This document shows, one piece after another, positions 19,697-29,946 of a DNA stretch of 64,000 nucleotides. The notes beneath the pieces are model-generated. The model made no database searches and had not been told where the DNA came from. It saw only the letters and a program-made list of their open reading frames with translations. Source of the DNA: an uncultured delta proteobacterium (GTDB lineage Bacteria > Desulfobacterota > Desulfomonilia > UBA1062); the NCBI GenBank assembly GCA_963752595.1, contig CAVVYZ010000014.1:98678-162677 (forward strand), read 5' to 3'. Numbering within the stretch: the stretch's first letter is position 1; the number at the start of each line of letters is the position of its first letter. The position numbers and the translations under genes were made by a program.

Positions 19697-22087
19697 TCAG
19701 CGTTTCTTGAAATTGCCCATACTGCTTTTGATGGTCTTCCTGTCCGTGGTGGTTCCTTCAACGTACCAGTTTATCGTGGTCCCGGAGGGGATGAACAGGT
19801 TCCAGAGCATCGAGCTCATTCTGCAGGAGGTTCCGGTTCCGTTGTAGATGTTGCTGTATTTCTTTCCGTTCACGGTGATATAGACCTTATATCTGCTAAA
19901 ATCGGAAGCGTTCCAGCTGAAGAGCGGATTCTCACTCATGATAGCCCCCATCTGCGGGGTGAGCAGCGAGATGGCCACTGCAGACTGCTGCACGGCCACG
20001 GTCACGGTATCCGGGCTGCTGGTATCTTTCCCGTCATAGACTTTCAACTCGAACACGTACACGCCTGCAACTGTCGGGACAAAGGACGGTGTCGCGGTAT
20101 TGGAATAATTCAGGGATATCCTCGTACCCGAAGTCTGAGACCAGATGTAGGAGATGGGGTCGCCGTCCGGGTCGCTGCTCAAGCGGCCATCAAGGGTTAC
20201 TGCATCGCCTACCTTCACAGTCTTGTCCTGGCCTGCCTCGGCAACAGGCACCTGATTGAAGTTGTCGACTGTTACCAGCACAGTATCCTGTGTTGCCGCC
20301 TGTCCATCGGAAACCTTGAGTGTGAAGCCTAAGACTCCCGATGTGGTCGGTGTAAAGCTTGGACGGGCAGTCTGCGCACCGGTCAGGACGACACTGGCAC
20401 CGGATGTCTGGGTCCATGTATAGCTTATCATATCGCCGTCCGGATCATAGGAGCCTGCTCCGTCAAGGACAACCGGATCGCCTGCATAGGCATTGATGTC
20501 ATCGCCCGCATCCGCTACCGGTGCATTATTCTGTCTCAGGACCGTGACCCAAACCCTTTCAGCTGTGGAAGATACGAGACCGTCGTTGACAACGAGCTCG
20601 AATTCAAAGGTGCCTGCTGCAACCGCAGCAAAGGCAGGAGATGCACCTTGGGAATTCTGGAGCGTAACTGCGGTGCCGGACACCTGTCTCCATGCATAGG
20701 TCAGGCTGTTGCCGTCAGGATCGGTGGAGCCGCTGCCGTCGAGTGTTACCTGTGAACCGACCTGGACGCTCTGATCGGGGCCTGCATTAGCTGTGGGGGC
20801 ACGGTTCACTGCGTTTGCAATTACAATGATCTCATCAGCAGGGCTCGTGAGGGTTCCGTCCGAGCAGGTGACCGAGAACCGGTACTGTCCTGCTGCGCTG
20901 AACATAAGCGTGATGTTCTGCTGATTCATGCTCGGCAGCGTCATAGCAGAACCCTGGACGAACTTCCATTGGTATGTCAGATCATCTTCGTTGGAATCGG
21001 TGCCGGTTGCATGGAGCAGTACCTGCGTCCCGACGGTAACCGTCGTGTCGCCTCCCGCATTCACGTTCGGAGCGACATTCAGGATGGTGATGTCAACAGT
21101 ATCCGAACCCGTTGACTTGCCGTCAAAACACTTGAGCATGAAACGGTAGAGGCCGGCCTTTGTGCCTACAAAACTTGCACGAGTGCTCGTTGGGTTCTCG
21201 ATAGTTACAGCAGCAGGGCCGCTCACGAAGGACCATGTATACTGAAGGGTATCGCCATTAGGGTCTGTTGATGCTGTACCATCAAGGTATACGCGTGTGG
21301 GGGCTGTCTGCCGATCGGACCCTGCACGGGCATAAGGAGTGTTATCCGAAGCGCTCGCAGGGTTCGACCCATTATAGTATTCTTCGTAGTTCGAAAGACC
21401 GTCATTATCCAGGTCCAATGCCGCATCGGTCGGGTTGTTAGGATCGAGGCCGTATGATGCCTCCCAAGTGTTCGGCATACCGTCTCCATCGGTATCGAGG
21501 CGCAGCTCGATGGTATCCCGGGCAGCTGTGCTCATCCAGTTGCCTGACGCATCTTTGAAATTGACGTATACGGTCTTGACCCCGTCGCCTTCCGTGAGCA
21601 CCCATGATTGGGAAGCGGCAAAAGGAGCCTCGCCGGACCAGGTCACGCCGTCATTGCTTATTTTCATCGCGACAACCGTTCCACCTGCATCGCTGGCGGA
21701 TAACGAAAGCGTAACAACTCTGGAGGGAGTGGTTGCACTGCCTGAATTGATCACGACAGTCCCGGTCGGAGGGGTAGCATCCGGAACAGGAACATATATG
21801 CTTACTTCGCTGGAGTAACCTGACTCATTACCGGAGGTGTCATAGGCGGTTATAGCAAAGTAGTACGTCGTTCCTGTCTGGGCGTTGAACTGATAAGTCG
21901 TGACATTTTCTACATCCGTTTTCGTGCCGTATATCCCTGATTGAGTTCCGTAATAGAGGTTATATCCTGCAAGATCACTTTCAGTATTTGCATTCCAGCT
22001 TATCAGAACAGATGCGGCAAATCCCGGTACTTGGGAAAACATAACAAATGCAAGAACAAAAAGAATTACATTTCGTGTCTGTCTCAT
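19697..22087 (-). CDS. Secreted FN3 / TSP3-like Ca-binding / five PKD(K319-like)-repeat surface protein
   Basis: Signal peptide, FN3 (SWNANTESDLAGY...YYFAITAYD), DxDGDG repeats, five PxAxAGxD...LDGxxSxDPDGDxxxYxW repeats. Confidence 0.85.
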   Translation of the reverse strand: MRQTRNVILFVLAFVMFSQVPGFAASVLISWNANTESDLAGYNLYYGTQSGIYGTKTDVENVTTYQFNAQTGTTYYFAITAYDTSGNESGYSSEVSIYVPVPDATPPTGTVVINSGSATTPSRVVTLSLSASDAGGTVVAMKISNDGVTWSGEAPFAASQSWVLTEGDGVKTVYVNFKDASGNWMSTAARDTIELRLDTDGDGMPNTWEASYGLDPNNPTDAALDLDNDGLSNYEEYYNGSNPASASDNTPYARAGSDRQTAPTRVYLDGTASTDPNGDTLQYTWSFVSGPAAVTIENPTSTRASFVGTKAGLYRFMLKCFDGKSTGSDTVDITILNVAPNVNAGGDTTVTVGTQVLLHATGTDSNEDDLTYQWKFVQGSAMTLPSMNQQNITLMFSAAGQYRFSVTCSDGTLTSPADEIIVIANAVNRAPTANAGPDQSVQVGSQVTLDGSGSTDPDGNSLTYAWRQVSGTAVTLQNSQGASPAFAAVAAGTFEFELVVNDGLVSSTAERVWVTVLRQNNAPVADAGDDINAYAGDPVVLDGAGSYDPDGDMISYTWTQTSGASVVLTGAQTARPSFTPTTSGVLGFTLKVSDGQAATQDTVLVTVDNFNQVPVAEAGQDKTVKVGDAVTLDGRLSSDPDGDPISYIWSQTSGTRISLNYSNTATPSFVPTVAGVYVFELKVYDGKDTSSPDTVTVAVQQSAVAISLLTPQMGAIMSENPLFSWNASDFSRYKVYITVNGKKYSNIYNGTGTSCRMSSMLWNLFIPSGTTINWYVEGTTTDRKTIKSSMGNFKKR

Positions 22088-22128
22088 GGGAGCACCTCCA
22101 GTAGTTCCATTCGCTCGGATTACATGGA

Positions 22129-22144
22129 GGCAAATTACAAGCCA
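22129..22144 (-). promoter_or_regulatory. Sigma-54 (-24/-12) promoter for the PKD-protein gene
   Basis: Minus strand TGGCTTGTAATTTGCC (GG-N10-GC) ~40 nt above the ATG; AT-rich tract and palindrome GTTAC-N6-GTAAC (22219-22234) further upstream. Confidence 0.7.
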
Positions 22145-22469
22145 TTTAAATTAATATTATAAATTCATATTATTATATGATTTTCAGGTTCTGAGAACAC
22201 AACACTTCTGTAGTACATGTTACTGTTTTGTAACTAATTTTTATTTTCTCGATAATGCTGTATGTAAACCTTGAGATCCAACCCATCCTTCGCATCAGTA
22301 ACCCCTATAAGCAAAGGCTTGCAGGGATATCTGTTTTTCCCCGAACCGGTTTTTAAAGAGTCAGCAAAGACCTTTCTCTTCCCGATACGCCCCCCCTACA
22401 ATGGGATATGAGCGGGAGAAGATGGGCATGCCAAGGATGACGATCTTGTAAAGAGCGGGAGAGTATGCA

Positions 22470-23789
22470 ATGTTTATATACATGAAAAAGGTTGTTACCC
22501 TACTGCTCATGGGCTGTGTCCTCTGCCTTCCATGGTTGTCATATGCCATGACGTATGATGAGGAGAGGAAGATCTCCCAGGAAATCATCACGAGCCTGGA
22601 TGCCAATGGGCTCATCATCTACGACCACGAAATCACCTGGCCCGTCAAGATGATTACGGACAGGCTTGTCGACCACATGAAAAACCCGGTGTACACCTTC
22701 AATGTCCACGTGATTAGGGACAGGTCCGTCAATGCATTTACCATCCCTGACGGGCACGTCTTCATTAATATAGGAACCCTTCTGTTTGCAAAGGATCTGG
22801 ATGAGATCGCCGCAGTCATCGGCCACGAGATGGGTCATGCACAGCTGCGCCATATTCCGCAGGCCCTTGATGAACAGAAAAATGTAACGGCGGCAACGAT
22901 CGTAGGAGTTCTTCTGGGCACCATCGTATCTGCAAAAAATCCGGAAGCCGGCGCAGCCATGGTCTTTTCTTCGCTGGGAGGCGGTGAGAATATCAAGCTT
23001 GCGTATTCCCGGCGCCATGAGTATGACGCGGACGATTTCGGGACCAGGCTCATAAGCGACTCAGGTTTCTCCCCTTCAGCCATGAACAGATTCCTCGTAC
23101 GGCTGAACGCGTATTCGGGAGGGGCGGACATCCCAGAATATCTGCTTACCCATCCGTATAGTACAAATCGCATCTCGGGCCAGTCGCCGGACGTGCAGAA
23201 ATCGAACCCGGATTCATATTACTGGAACCTTTATGCCAGCGTTAACGGGCTGCTCCTGCCGGAGGAGGAAGCGACACAGCGGTCTGCAGAGATGCCGGGT
23301 CCGTACCGCAATCTCTCGCTGGGCTTGATGGAGACGAGGAAAGGAAGGCACGATAAGGCATTGGCACTGCTGAAAGATATAGACCTCCCCCTGGCGAACG
23401 CATACAAGGGACTCAACCTTGCGCTGATGGGGAAAAAGAACGAAGCATACCCCTATCTCAAGCAGTTCGGGAGCTCTGCCAGGTCTCAGATCGTTCTGGC
23501 CGATATCATGGAAGGACGGGGCGAGTTCGATCAGGCTATTGCAGTAATCCTTCCGTTCCAGAAACAAGATACCAGTGTGGATTACAAGTTGGGCATCCTC
23601 TATCAGAAGTCATCGCACCAGGAGCTTTCCCATGTTTCTTTTGCCAGGTATTTTTTCAAGACCGGCAAGCATAAGGCAGCGCTTCATCACATAACCAAGG
23701 CTCTCGAACACGAGAAAGAGCTGGACGGCAATGTGGTGGACGAACTCAAAGAGATGAAAAAATATATCGGCAAGATTGAAAAGGGGTGA
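22470..23789 (+). CDS. M48 family metalloprotease with TPR-like C-terminus (BepA-like)
   Basis: Signal peptide, VNAF, HEMGH, YSRRHEYDAD, YLLTHP. Confidence 0.88.
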   Translation: MFIYMKKVVTLLLMGCVLCLPWLSYAMTYDEERKISQEIITSLDANGLIIYDHEITWPVKMITDRLVDHMKNPVYTFNVHVIRDRSVNAFTIPDGHVFINIGTLLFAKDLDEIAAVIGHEMGHAQLRHIPQALDEQKNVTAATIVGVLLGTIVSAKNPEAGAAMVFSSLGGGENIKLAYSRRHEYDADDFGTRLISDSGFSPSAMNRFLVRLNAYSGGADIPEYLLTHPYSTNRISGQSPDVQKSNPDSYYWNLYASVNGLLLPEEEATQRSAEMPGPYRNLSLGLMETRKGRHDKALALLKDIDLPLANAYKGLNLALMGKKNEAYPYLKQFGSSARSQIVLADIMEGRGEFDQAIAVILPFQKQDTSVDYKLGILYQKSSHQELSHVSFARYFFKTGKHKAALHHITKALEHEKELDGNVVDELKEMKKYIGKIEKG

Positions 23790-23791
23790 CA

Positions 23792-25543
23792 TCAGACACT
23801 CTTCAGCAGGGCCCTCACCTTGGTGATATCGAATACCTCCCCTTCCCCGGTGTCCTCGCAGAAGGCCTCCACAAAAGGAATGCCCCCTTTACGGTAGATG
23901 TAGATCGGGCTGATTCTCTTCATCTCTATCTCTCCATAGCCCTGCTTCGGATAGAAGATGACAATCGTCTCACCGTCATTGAGGGCCTTCTCGAATATTC
24001 CCTCTCCTTTCGAGCCATATGGAAGAGGAGACACCATCCCGAACGGGAAAATCCCTTCCTTTCGAGCTTCTTTCCACGGACATTTCTGCATGAGCTGGAA
24101 GGGGGCCAGCTTCCCCCAAGATGCGCCCTCTTCGGTTTCCCTCTCGGAATCCGCCCCGACGACAATCACATCCTTCTTGTCGAGCAATGCAATGATTTCT
24201 TCCTCGCAGTTTTCAGGTATTCGGTAAATACCGGGTAGAACCTCTTTCAGCCCCCGCGAAGCCTTGCAATCGGCTCCTGATAGGACAAGAAACGTTCCTC
24301 GGAGGATATGCGCCTCGGCACGCGCCAGCGCCCAGCCCTCGATTGTCTTGCGCATGTTGTCGGGAAGCTGGTGCCTTGAAATCCTTTCAAGGAAGCCTTT
24401 GATCTTGTGAATGTCCCACCCTTCTTTCAAGCCCCTGGATACCGATCTCTTGGTGACCCGATAGATACTGACGATATCGGTCTGGATCAGATCTGCGATC
24501 TCTCCCAGATTCAAAAGATCCACGGGATCGAAATCGCCCGGAACAAGGATCTCCATGTTCGGCTGTATCACGACATCATCGCAGTAGCGGCGTAATTGGG
24601 CCTCAGCCCTGCCTGTCTTCAGCGACCTGTATGCCTGATCGGCAAAGCAGAGCCATGTGCCTTCTGTATCTTCCTTCAGGATTCCGAGATCCAGCCAGAG
24701 ATCGATCAATGAGCCGGCAATCTCGCTGCCCCTGGGTTCTTCAGGATCCCTGCTGACAAGGAAAAGATGAAGCGACCTCAAGAGGTAATCACGCCGGATT
24801 GCCTTGTCCTCAACGGCGCCGAAAACCTTGTGCTCCAGACCAGGATAGGGCCTGCACGATTGGGTGAATCTCCAGAGGGGATACCGCGCGTCTCCCTCCA
24901 CGGCAAAATCGGTGCTTGCCTGCTGGGAGACCTCCAGTACGCCCTTCTTCTCCTTGATGCAGCCCAGCTCGACTAGTTCCCAATATACCCTCTCGAGATC
25001 GAGCATGCCCCCGAGCCTTTCTTCGAGATATTCCCACCCCCGCTTGAATGGCTCCATTCCCGACCTGCAGCGTATCCGGGAGGTGTGAAGCGTATTCAGC
25101 AAGGATATGTGTCCCCATATGCTCACCTGTGGCGGTGCTGTCCAGCTCAGATCATCCACCCTGGTGACGAAGCGTTTGCGGCTCTCTTCCATGAGCGGAT
25201 AGATCGATGGCAGAAGGATGATCGGATCTCTTCCGCTCAAGCCGCCCTGGAAAACGAGGCCTTTTCCTCCCAGGTAAACGAGATCCTGCCTCAATTCCCC
25301 GAGGTCCTGGCGGTAGAGTACATTCAGCACATCCCACTGCACGCCCCCGCCGAGCTCATAGAGGTCCATGAGGAGTGAATGCTGCCTGCCGGGGAGACTC
25401 TTGAGGATGCTTTCCAGCCTCTGCTCATCACTCAATCCCTCTGCAAGTTTGTACGTGTCTGCGGATTTGCCGAGGATACGGGCTGAAAGGATTTCGACCA
25501 TATAGCCCGGGATATGGGAGATGAGATCATAGGTTGATGTCAC
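23792..25543 (-). CDS. XPB-associated protein (Helicase_C_3-like domain plus C-terminal WYL-like domain)
   Basis: VVIQPNMEILV...YRVTKRSVSRGL..GW....IKGFLERIS...LPDNM..TIEGW; C-terminal IVIFY...RISP...FVEAFC; GTG start with GGAG RBS overlapping the xpb stop. Confidence 0.75.
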   Translation of the reverse strand: MTSTYDLISHIPGYMVEILSARILGKSADTYKLAEGLSDEQRLESILKSLPGRQHSLLMDLYELGGGVQWDVLNVLYRQDLGELRQDLVYLGGKGLVFQGGLSGRDPIILLPSIYPLMEESRKRFVTRVDDLSWTAPPQVSIWGHISLLNTLHTSRIRCRSGMEPFKRGWEYLEERLGGMLDLERVYWELVELGCIKEKKGVLEVSQQASTDFAVEGDARYPLWRFTQSCRPYPGLEHKVFGAVEDKAIRRDYLLRSLHLFLVSRDPEEPRGSEIAGSLIDLWLDLGILKEDTEGTWLCFADQAYRSLKTGRAEAQLRRYCDDVVIQPNMEILVPGDFDPVDLLNLGEIADLIQTDIVSIYRVTKRSVSRGLKEGWDIHKIKGFLERISRHQLPDNMRKTIEGWALARAEAHILRGTFLVLSGADCKASRGLKEVLPGIYRIPENCEEEIIALLDKKDVIVVGADSERETEEGASWGKLAPFQLMQKCPWKEARKEGIFPFGMVSPLPYGSKGEGIFEKALNDGETIVIFYPKQGYGEIEMKRISPIYIYRKGGIPFVEAFCEDTGEGEVFDITKVRALLKSV

Positions 25544-27209
25544 TGCCGCTCCATTCCTCGATGGTATATTTGTATCCCTGCTCCGCAAGGAAAATCTGTC
25601 TTTTATGGGCAAAGTCCTCTTCCGAGGTCTGTCGACTCACCAGCGTATAAAATGTGGAGATCCTTTCCTTTGGCCTGAGGATCCTGCCGAGCCTCTGGGC
25701 CTCCTCCTGACGTGAACCGAAGGTCCCTGATACCTGGATTGCCACCGAGGCATCAGGGAGATCTATGGCAAAATTGGCGACTTTTGAGACGACGAGAACA
25801 GGGATCTCTCCCCTTCTGAACGAGCTGTAAAGGCTGTCGCGCTTCGAATTCGGGGTCGACCCGGTAATGAGAGGTGCCTGCAAGGTATCCGAAATCCGTT
25901 TCAGCTGGTTCACATACTGACCGATTACGAGCACCGGCTCATTGACGTGCTTCTTGATGAGCTCCTTCATTGCCCTTTCTTTGTAGATATTCTCGGAAGC
26001 AATTCTGAACTGCATCCGGTCTCCTGCCAGGGCATACTCATGTTCTTTTTCCGGGGGCAGGGGCAAGCGTATCTCATAGCAGGACGCTTCAGCGATGAAA
26101 CCTTTCTGCTCAAGCTCTTTCCAGGGCACGTCGAAACATTTGGGCCCCACGAGGGAAAAGGCATCCTCTTCGAGCCCGTCTTCTCGGATAAGCGTCGCGG
26201 TGAGCCCGAGCCTTCTCTTGGCCTGGATCTCCGTGGTAGCACGGAATACCGGCGCAGGAACCACGTGAACCTCGTCATAGATGAGCAAGCCCCAGTTCAT
26301 GGCATTCATGAGCTTCATATGCTCGAAGGGACCGGTCTTATTTTTCCGGTAGGTAAGGATCTGGTAGGTGGTGACCGTGACGGGCCTGATCTCTTTTTTA
26401 TTGCCGGTATATTCGCCGATATCCTCGCTCTTCAATGTCGTCTTGTCGAGCAGCTCCCGTATCCACTGGCGGACGGCGGATACATTAGTGCAGAGGATGA
26501 GTGTCTGGGTTTTAGCCTCGACCATGGCATTGATGCCCACGATCGTCTTTCCGGCCCCGCAGGGGAGCACGACTATGGCCTGGCCTCCGCGGACGCTCCC
26601 GCCTGCCCAGAAGTTTCTGCCGGCTTCCTTCTGGTACTGGCGTAAAGAGAAAGGATGCCCGGCCATCGTCTTCTCCCTCAGCCCCAAATCGAGCCTGTCT
26701 CCCTGGTCGAAACCAACAAGGTCGTGCACCGGGAACCCTGCCTTGATGAGCATGTGCTTGAACCTTCCCCGCGTAGAATCGTCGATGGTAAAAACGGTCG
26801 GGGATTCAAGCTCGAAGACCATTTCTTTGATCCCCGGTTTCGAGATTATCTGGTCGAGAATCTCAGGTGACTTTGCTTCGATCCGGAGCGTTCTGTCACC
26901 ATGCCTCGTCATGCGTAAGGCATCCCAGCGGTCAAAGGAATCTTTAATCCTGAACAGCACACCTGCCGGAATCTCGTATCGAGAGTAAGCCTTCAACGTC
27001 CTGACAACATCGTCATAGACGATGCCCAGAGCTGCGGCATTCCAGATGCTTAAAGGTGTGACCCGGTATGTATGGACATACTCGGGAGATTTTATCAGCT
27101 CGGAAAAGGGCATGATTGCATCCCGGGCTTTCTCATACTCAGGAGATTGAACCTCCAGGAGTACACTCCCGTCGCTCTGCACAATGATGGGTTTATCCTG
27201 TATCGACAT
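25527..27209 (-). CDS. xpb: DNA repair helicase XPB (Rad25/ERCC3-like)
   Basis: PIIVQSDGSVLLEV, VVLPCGAGKT, DEVH, GLTATLIRED, GSRQEEAQRLGRILR. Confidence 0.93.
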   Translation of the reverse strand: MSIQDKPIIVQSDGSVLLEVQSPEYEKARDAIMPFSELIKSPEYVHTYRVTPLSIWNAAALGIVYDDVVRTLKAYSRYEIPAGVLFRIKDSFDRWDALRMTRHGDRTLRIEAKSPEILDQIISKPGIKEMVFELESPTVFTIDDSTRGRFKHMLIKAGFPVHDLVGFDQGDRLDLGLREKTMAGHPFSLRQYQKEAGRNFWAGGSVRGGQAIVVLPCGAGKTIVGINAMVEAKTQTLILCTNVSAVRQWIRELLDKTTLKSEDIGEYTGNKKEIRPVTVTTYQILTYRKNKTGPFEHMKLMNAMNWGLLIYDEVHVVPAPVFRATTEIQAKRRLGLTATLIREDGLEEDAFSLVGPKCFDVPWKELEQKGFIAEASCYEIRLPLPPEKEHEYALAGDRMQFRIASENIYKERAMKELIKKHVNEPVLVIGQYVNQLKRISDTLQAPLITGSTPNSKRDSLYSSFRRGEIPVLVVSKVANFAIDLPDASVAIQVSGTFGSRQEEAQRLGRILRPKERISTFYTLVSRQTSEEDFAHKRQIFLAEQGYKYTIEEWSGSDINL

Positions 27210-27338
27210 TTTGAATTATTTAGATTCCCATAGTTAATATGAAAAGGCAAGAGGGCATTTCATAGGAAATTTTCTGTTGCCATTACGAAGCAAATGACAG
27301 AGAATAAATAGATATCACCTAGATTTGGAGAACATAGT

Positions 27339-28553
27339 ATGAAGGCCTTTGAAGAGAATCCGGCTCATCTGAAAAGAGCAGATATCGTAATCGGTATCCC
27401 CTCTTACAACGAGGCATCCCTCATATGCTTCCCCACCTCGCAGGCTGCACTCGGATTGAAGGAATATTTCAGCCATCTGGATTCGGTAATCATAAATTGT
27501 GATAATGCCAGCACTGACGGCACGGGCAAGTCCTTTATGGATACGGATACCCTGGAGATACCCAAGATCTACCTATCGACCCCCAAAGGAGTGAAGGGCA
27601 AGGGGAATAACCTGAAGAACCTTTTCCGTAAGGTTATCGAGCTGAACGCCAAGGCCGTTGTCGTGCTGGATGCCGATCTGAAGAACGTAACACCCAGGTG
27701 GGTGAAAAATCTTGGAGAACCGATCTTCAACGACTTCGCGTATGTTTCGCCGCTCTACACCCGGCACAAGTATGACGGGGCCATCACGAACAATATTGCC
27801 TATCCCCTGACCCGCAGCCTCTACGGCCGGCGCGTACGGCAGCCGATCGGAGGAGATTTCGGGCTTTCCGGCACAATGGCAAGCGTATTCCTGAAGAACG
27901 AGCTGTGGGATGAAGAAGTAAGCCAGTACGGGATCGACATCTGGATGACAACGATTGCCATGAACGAGGGTGTTCCCATATGCCAGGCATTCATGAGCAA
28001 ACCGAAAGTCAGCGAACTGAAGGACCCTGCAACGGATCCCGGCCCCATGTTCAGGCAGATCGTGAGTACAATCTTCAATCTCATGAACGCATACCACAGC
28101 AAGTGGAAATCCACGAAATGGAGCAAGCCCACGGCCATTTTCGGATTCGGAACCGGTGAGGTGGAGATGCCGCCCCCGGTCACGGTAAACAAGGAAAAGC
28201 TGTATCAGCGATTCCGCGAAGGGTTCAATTTGCACTGGGAAACGTACCGAGCCATCTTCTCTTTCGAGAACCTCCAGAAGGTGCGGGAGGTGGCATCACT
28301 TCCTATGGACCATTTCGAGATGCCTGTTTCCGTATGGGCGAAAACGCTGTTCGACTTTGCACTCAGCTACCACAAGAAGGCCGTAGACCGTAATAAAATG
28401 ATCGAGGTTCTCATTCCCCTGTTCTACGGAATGACCCTCTCCTATGTCAATAAGACTGAAGGGATGTCCGTGCTGCAGGCGGAAGAATTCATCGAAGATA
28501 TGTGCTTGATCTTCGAACAGACAAAGCCATACCTCATAGACAGGTGGAAATAA
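27339..28553 (+). CDS. GT2 glycosyltransferase, glucosylglycerate/mannosylglycerate synthase-like
   Basis: IGIPSYNE, GKGNN, DADL, YTRHKYDGAITN, RQPIGGDF, GIDIWMT. Confidence 0.75.
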   Translation: MKAFEENPAHLKRADIVIGIPSYNEASLICFPTSQAALGLKEYFSHLDSVIINCDNASTDGTGKSFMDTDTLEIPKIYLSTPKGVKGKGNNLKNLFRKVIELNAKAVVVLDADLKNVTPRWVKNLGEPIFNDFAYVSPLYTRHKYDGAITNNIAYPLTRSLYGRRVRQPIGGDFGLSGTMASVFLKNELWDEEVSQYGIDIWMTTIAMNEGVPICQAFMSKPKVSELKDPATDPGPMFRQIVSTIFNLMNAYHSKWKSTKWSKPTAIFGFGTGEVEMPPPVTVNKEKLYQRFREGFNLHWETYRAIFSFENLQKVREVASLPMDHFEMPVSVWAKTLFDFALSYHKKAVDRNKMIEVLIPLFYGMTLSYVNKTEGMSVLQAEEFIEDMCLIFEQTKPYLIDRWK

Positions 28554-28569
28554 GAGAAAGGAGTAGCCT

Positions 28570-28935
28570 ATGGCGAAGGTATTGATCGTTGATGATGAGA
28601 AGCATATCAGGCTGCTGTATTCAGAGGAACTGAAAGAAGAAGGCTATGACGTGGCTCTGGCAGCTGACGGGAACGACATTCTGGACCGCATTAATAAAGA
28701 GAGGCCCGATGTCGTTGTCCTTGATATCAAAATGGTTTCATCCAACGGCCTCGATGTTCTCCAGGAGATCAGGAATAAATATTATAACCTCCCGGTTATT
28801 TTATGCAGCGCATACGGGAGTTACAAGGTTGACGTCAAATCCATTGCCGCAGATGCCTATGTGGTAAAATCCTCAGATTTGACCGAACTGAAAAACAAGA
28901 TAGCCCAGGTCCTTGAAGCCTCTGTCCCGGGATAA
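28570..28935 (+). CDS. Single-domain response regulator receiver
   Basis: VLIVDDE, LDIKM, PVILCSA, YVVK; 121 aa with no output domain. Confidence 0.92.
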   Translation: MAKVLIVDDEKHIRLLYSEELKEEGYDVALAADGNDILDRINKERPDVVVLDIKMVSSNGLDVLQEIRNKYYNLPVILCSAYGSYKVDVKSIAADAYVVKSSDLTELKNKIAQVLEASVPG

Positions 28936-28945
28936 GAGGAAGAAA

Positions 28946-29791
28946 TTGCACATCAGGGCCGATCTTCACATTCATACGAGGGCATCCGACGGAGATTTAA
29001 GCCCTGACCAGATCCTATCGCTCGCACAGTATTCGGGCCTCGAAACCATAGCTATTACCGATCATGATACCCTCTCCGGCGCAAGAGATGCCTTGAACTC
29101 TGCACAGAAGAATACCCTGCAGGTGATTGCAGGCGTGGAACTCAGCATTGCGTACGATCCAGGCACCTTGCACATCCTCGGGTATTTCCCCTCTTTCCCG
29201 TTTGAGTTCGACCCTCTTCTCAAACGCCTGCAGACAGCCAGAGAAGTGCGGCTTCCCAAGATTATCGGCAAACTGAACGACCTGGGCATCGAGATTACCG
29301 CCTCGGAGGTAACCGAAATAGCACAGGAGAGTCAAATCGGACGGCCTCATATTGCAAAAGTCCTTATCAAGAAAGGGCATGTCCGTGATTTTGATGAGGC
29401 CTTCTCACGGTTCCTGGGGAAAGGGAAGCCTGCATACGTGGAAAAAGACAGGATGACCAGTAGCGAAGCCATAGGCGCGATCCTGCGCTTTGGCGGGCTG
29501 CCGGTTCTGGCCCATCCGTTTACGCTGAACCTGGCAAAAGACGATTTGCGGGAATTCATAGGGGACCTTGCCCGCCAAGGTCTTAAGGGGATAGAGATCT
29601 TTTATACAGAACATACGAGGGCGCAAAGAAAGCTCTATTCAGAGATCGCACATGAATTCGGCCTCATCGCCACCGGAGGCACCGATTATCATGGCTCCGC
29701 CCATAACGGGATGACGCTGGGCGGCTCAGGGCTCGACAAGCAGGGTCTGGCGATCTTCCTCGAAAGACTGGATCAGGGCTCAAAACCGTAA
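28946..29791 (+). CDS. PHP-domain metal-dependent phosphoesterase (TrpH/YciV-like)
   Basis: DLHIHTRASDG, AITDHD, HILGY, GRPHIA, LAHP, GGTDYHG. Confidence 0.9.
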   Translation: MHIRADLHIHTRASDGDLSPDQILSLAQYSGLETIAITDHDTLSGARDALNSAQKNTLQVIAGVELSIAYDPGTLHILGYFPSFPFEFDPLLKRLQTAREVRLPKIIGKLNDLGIEITASEVTEIAQESQIGRPHIAKVLIKKGHVRDFDEAFSRFLGKGKPAYVEKDRMTSSEAIGAILRFGGLPVLAHPFTLNLAKDDLREFIGDLARQGLKGIEIFYTEHTRAQRKLYSEIAHEFGLIATGGTDYHGSAHNGMTLGGSGLDKQGLAIFLERLDQGSKP

Positions 29792-29919
29792 TGCGGTTTC
29801 ACACGATGCCGGAGAAATATTTTTCCTAAAAATGGATCGGCTTTTCCCCTCGCGGAATATCTTTGATTCTCCATCAATAAATTTCATTGTGATATCAATA
29901 GCTAGCAAATAAAGCTTCG

Positions 29920-29935
29920 TGGCATCTTCGTTGCA
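29920..29935 (+). promoter_or_regulatory. Canonical sigma-54 promoter
   Basis: TGGCATCTTCGTTGCA, near-consensus -24/-12; IHF-like sites (CATCAATAAATTT, TATCAATAGCTAG) immediately upstream. Confidence 0.85.
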
Positions 29936-29946
29936 TTGTCATATAT

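Noticed and set aside
19900-21330. Repeated sequence blocks as CRISPR or tandem DNA repeats
   Set aside because: They are degenerate protein-level PKD repeats within one ORF; no CRISPR array or cas gene was seen anywhere in the window
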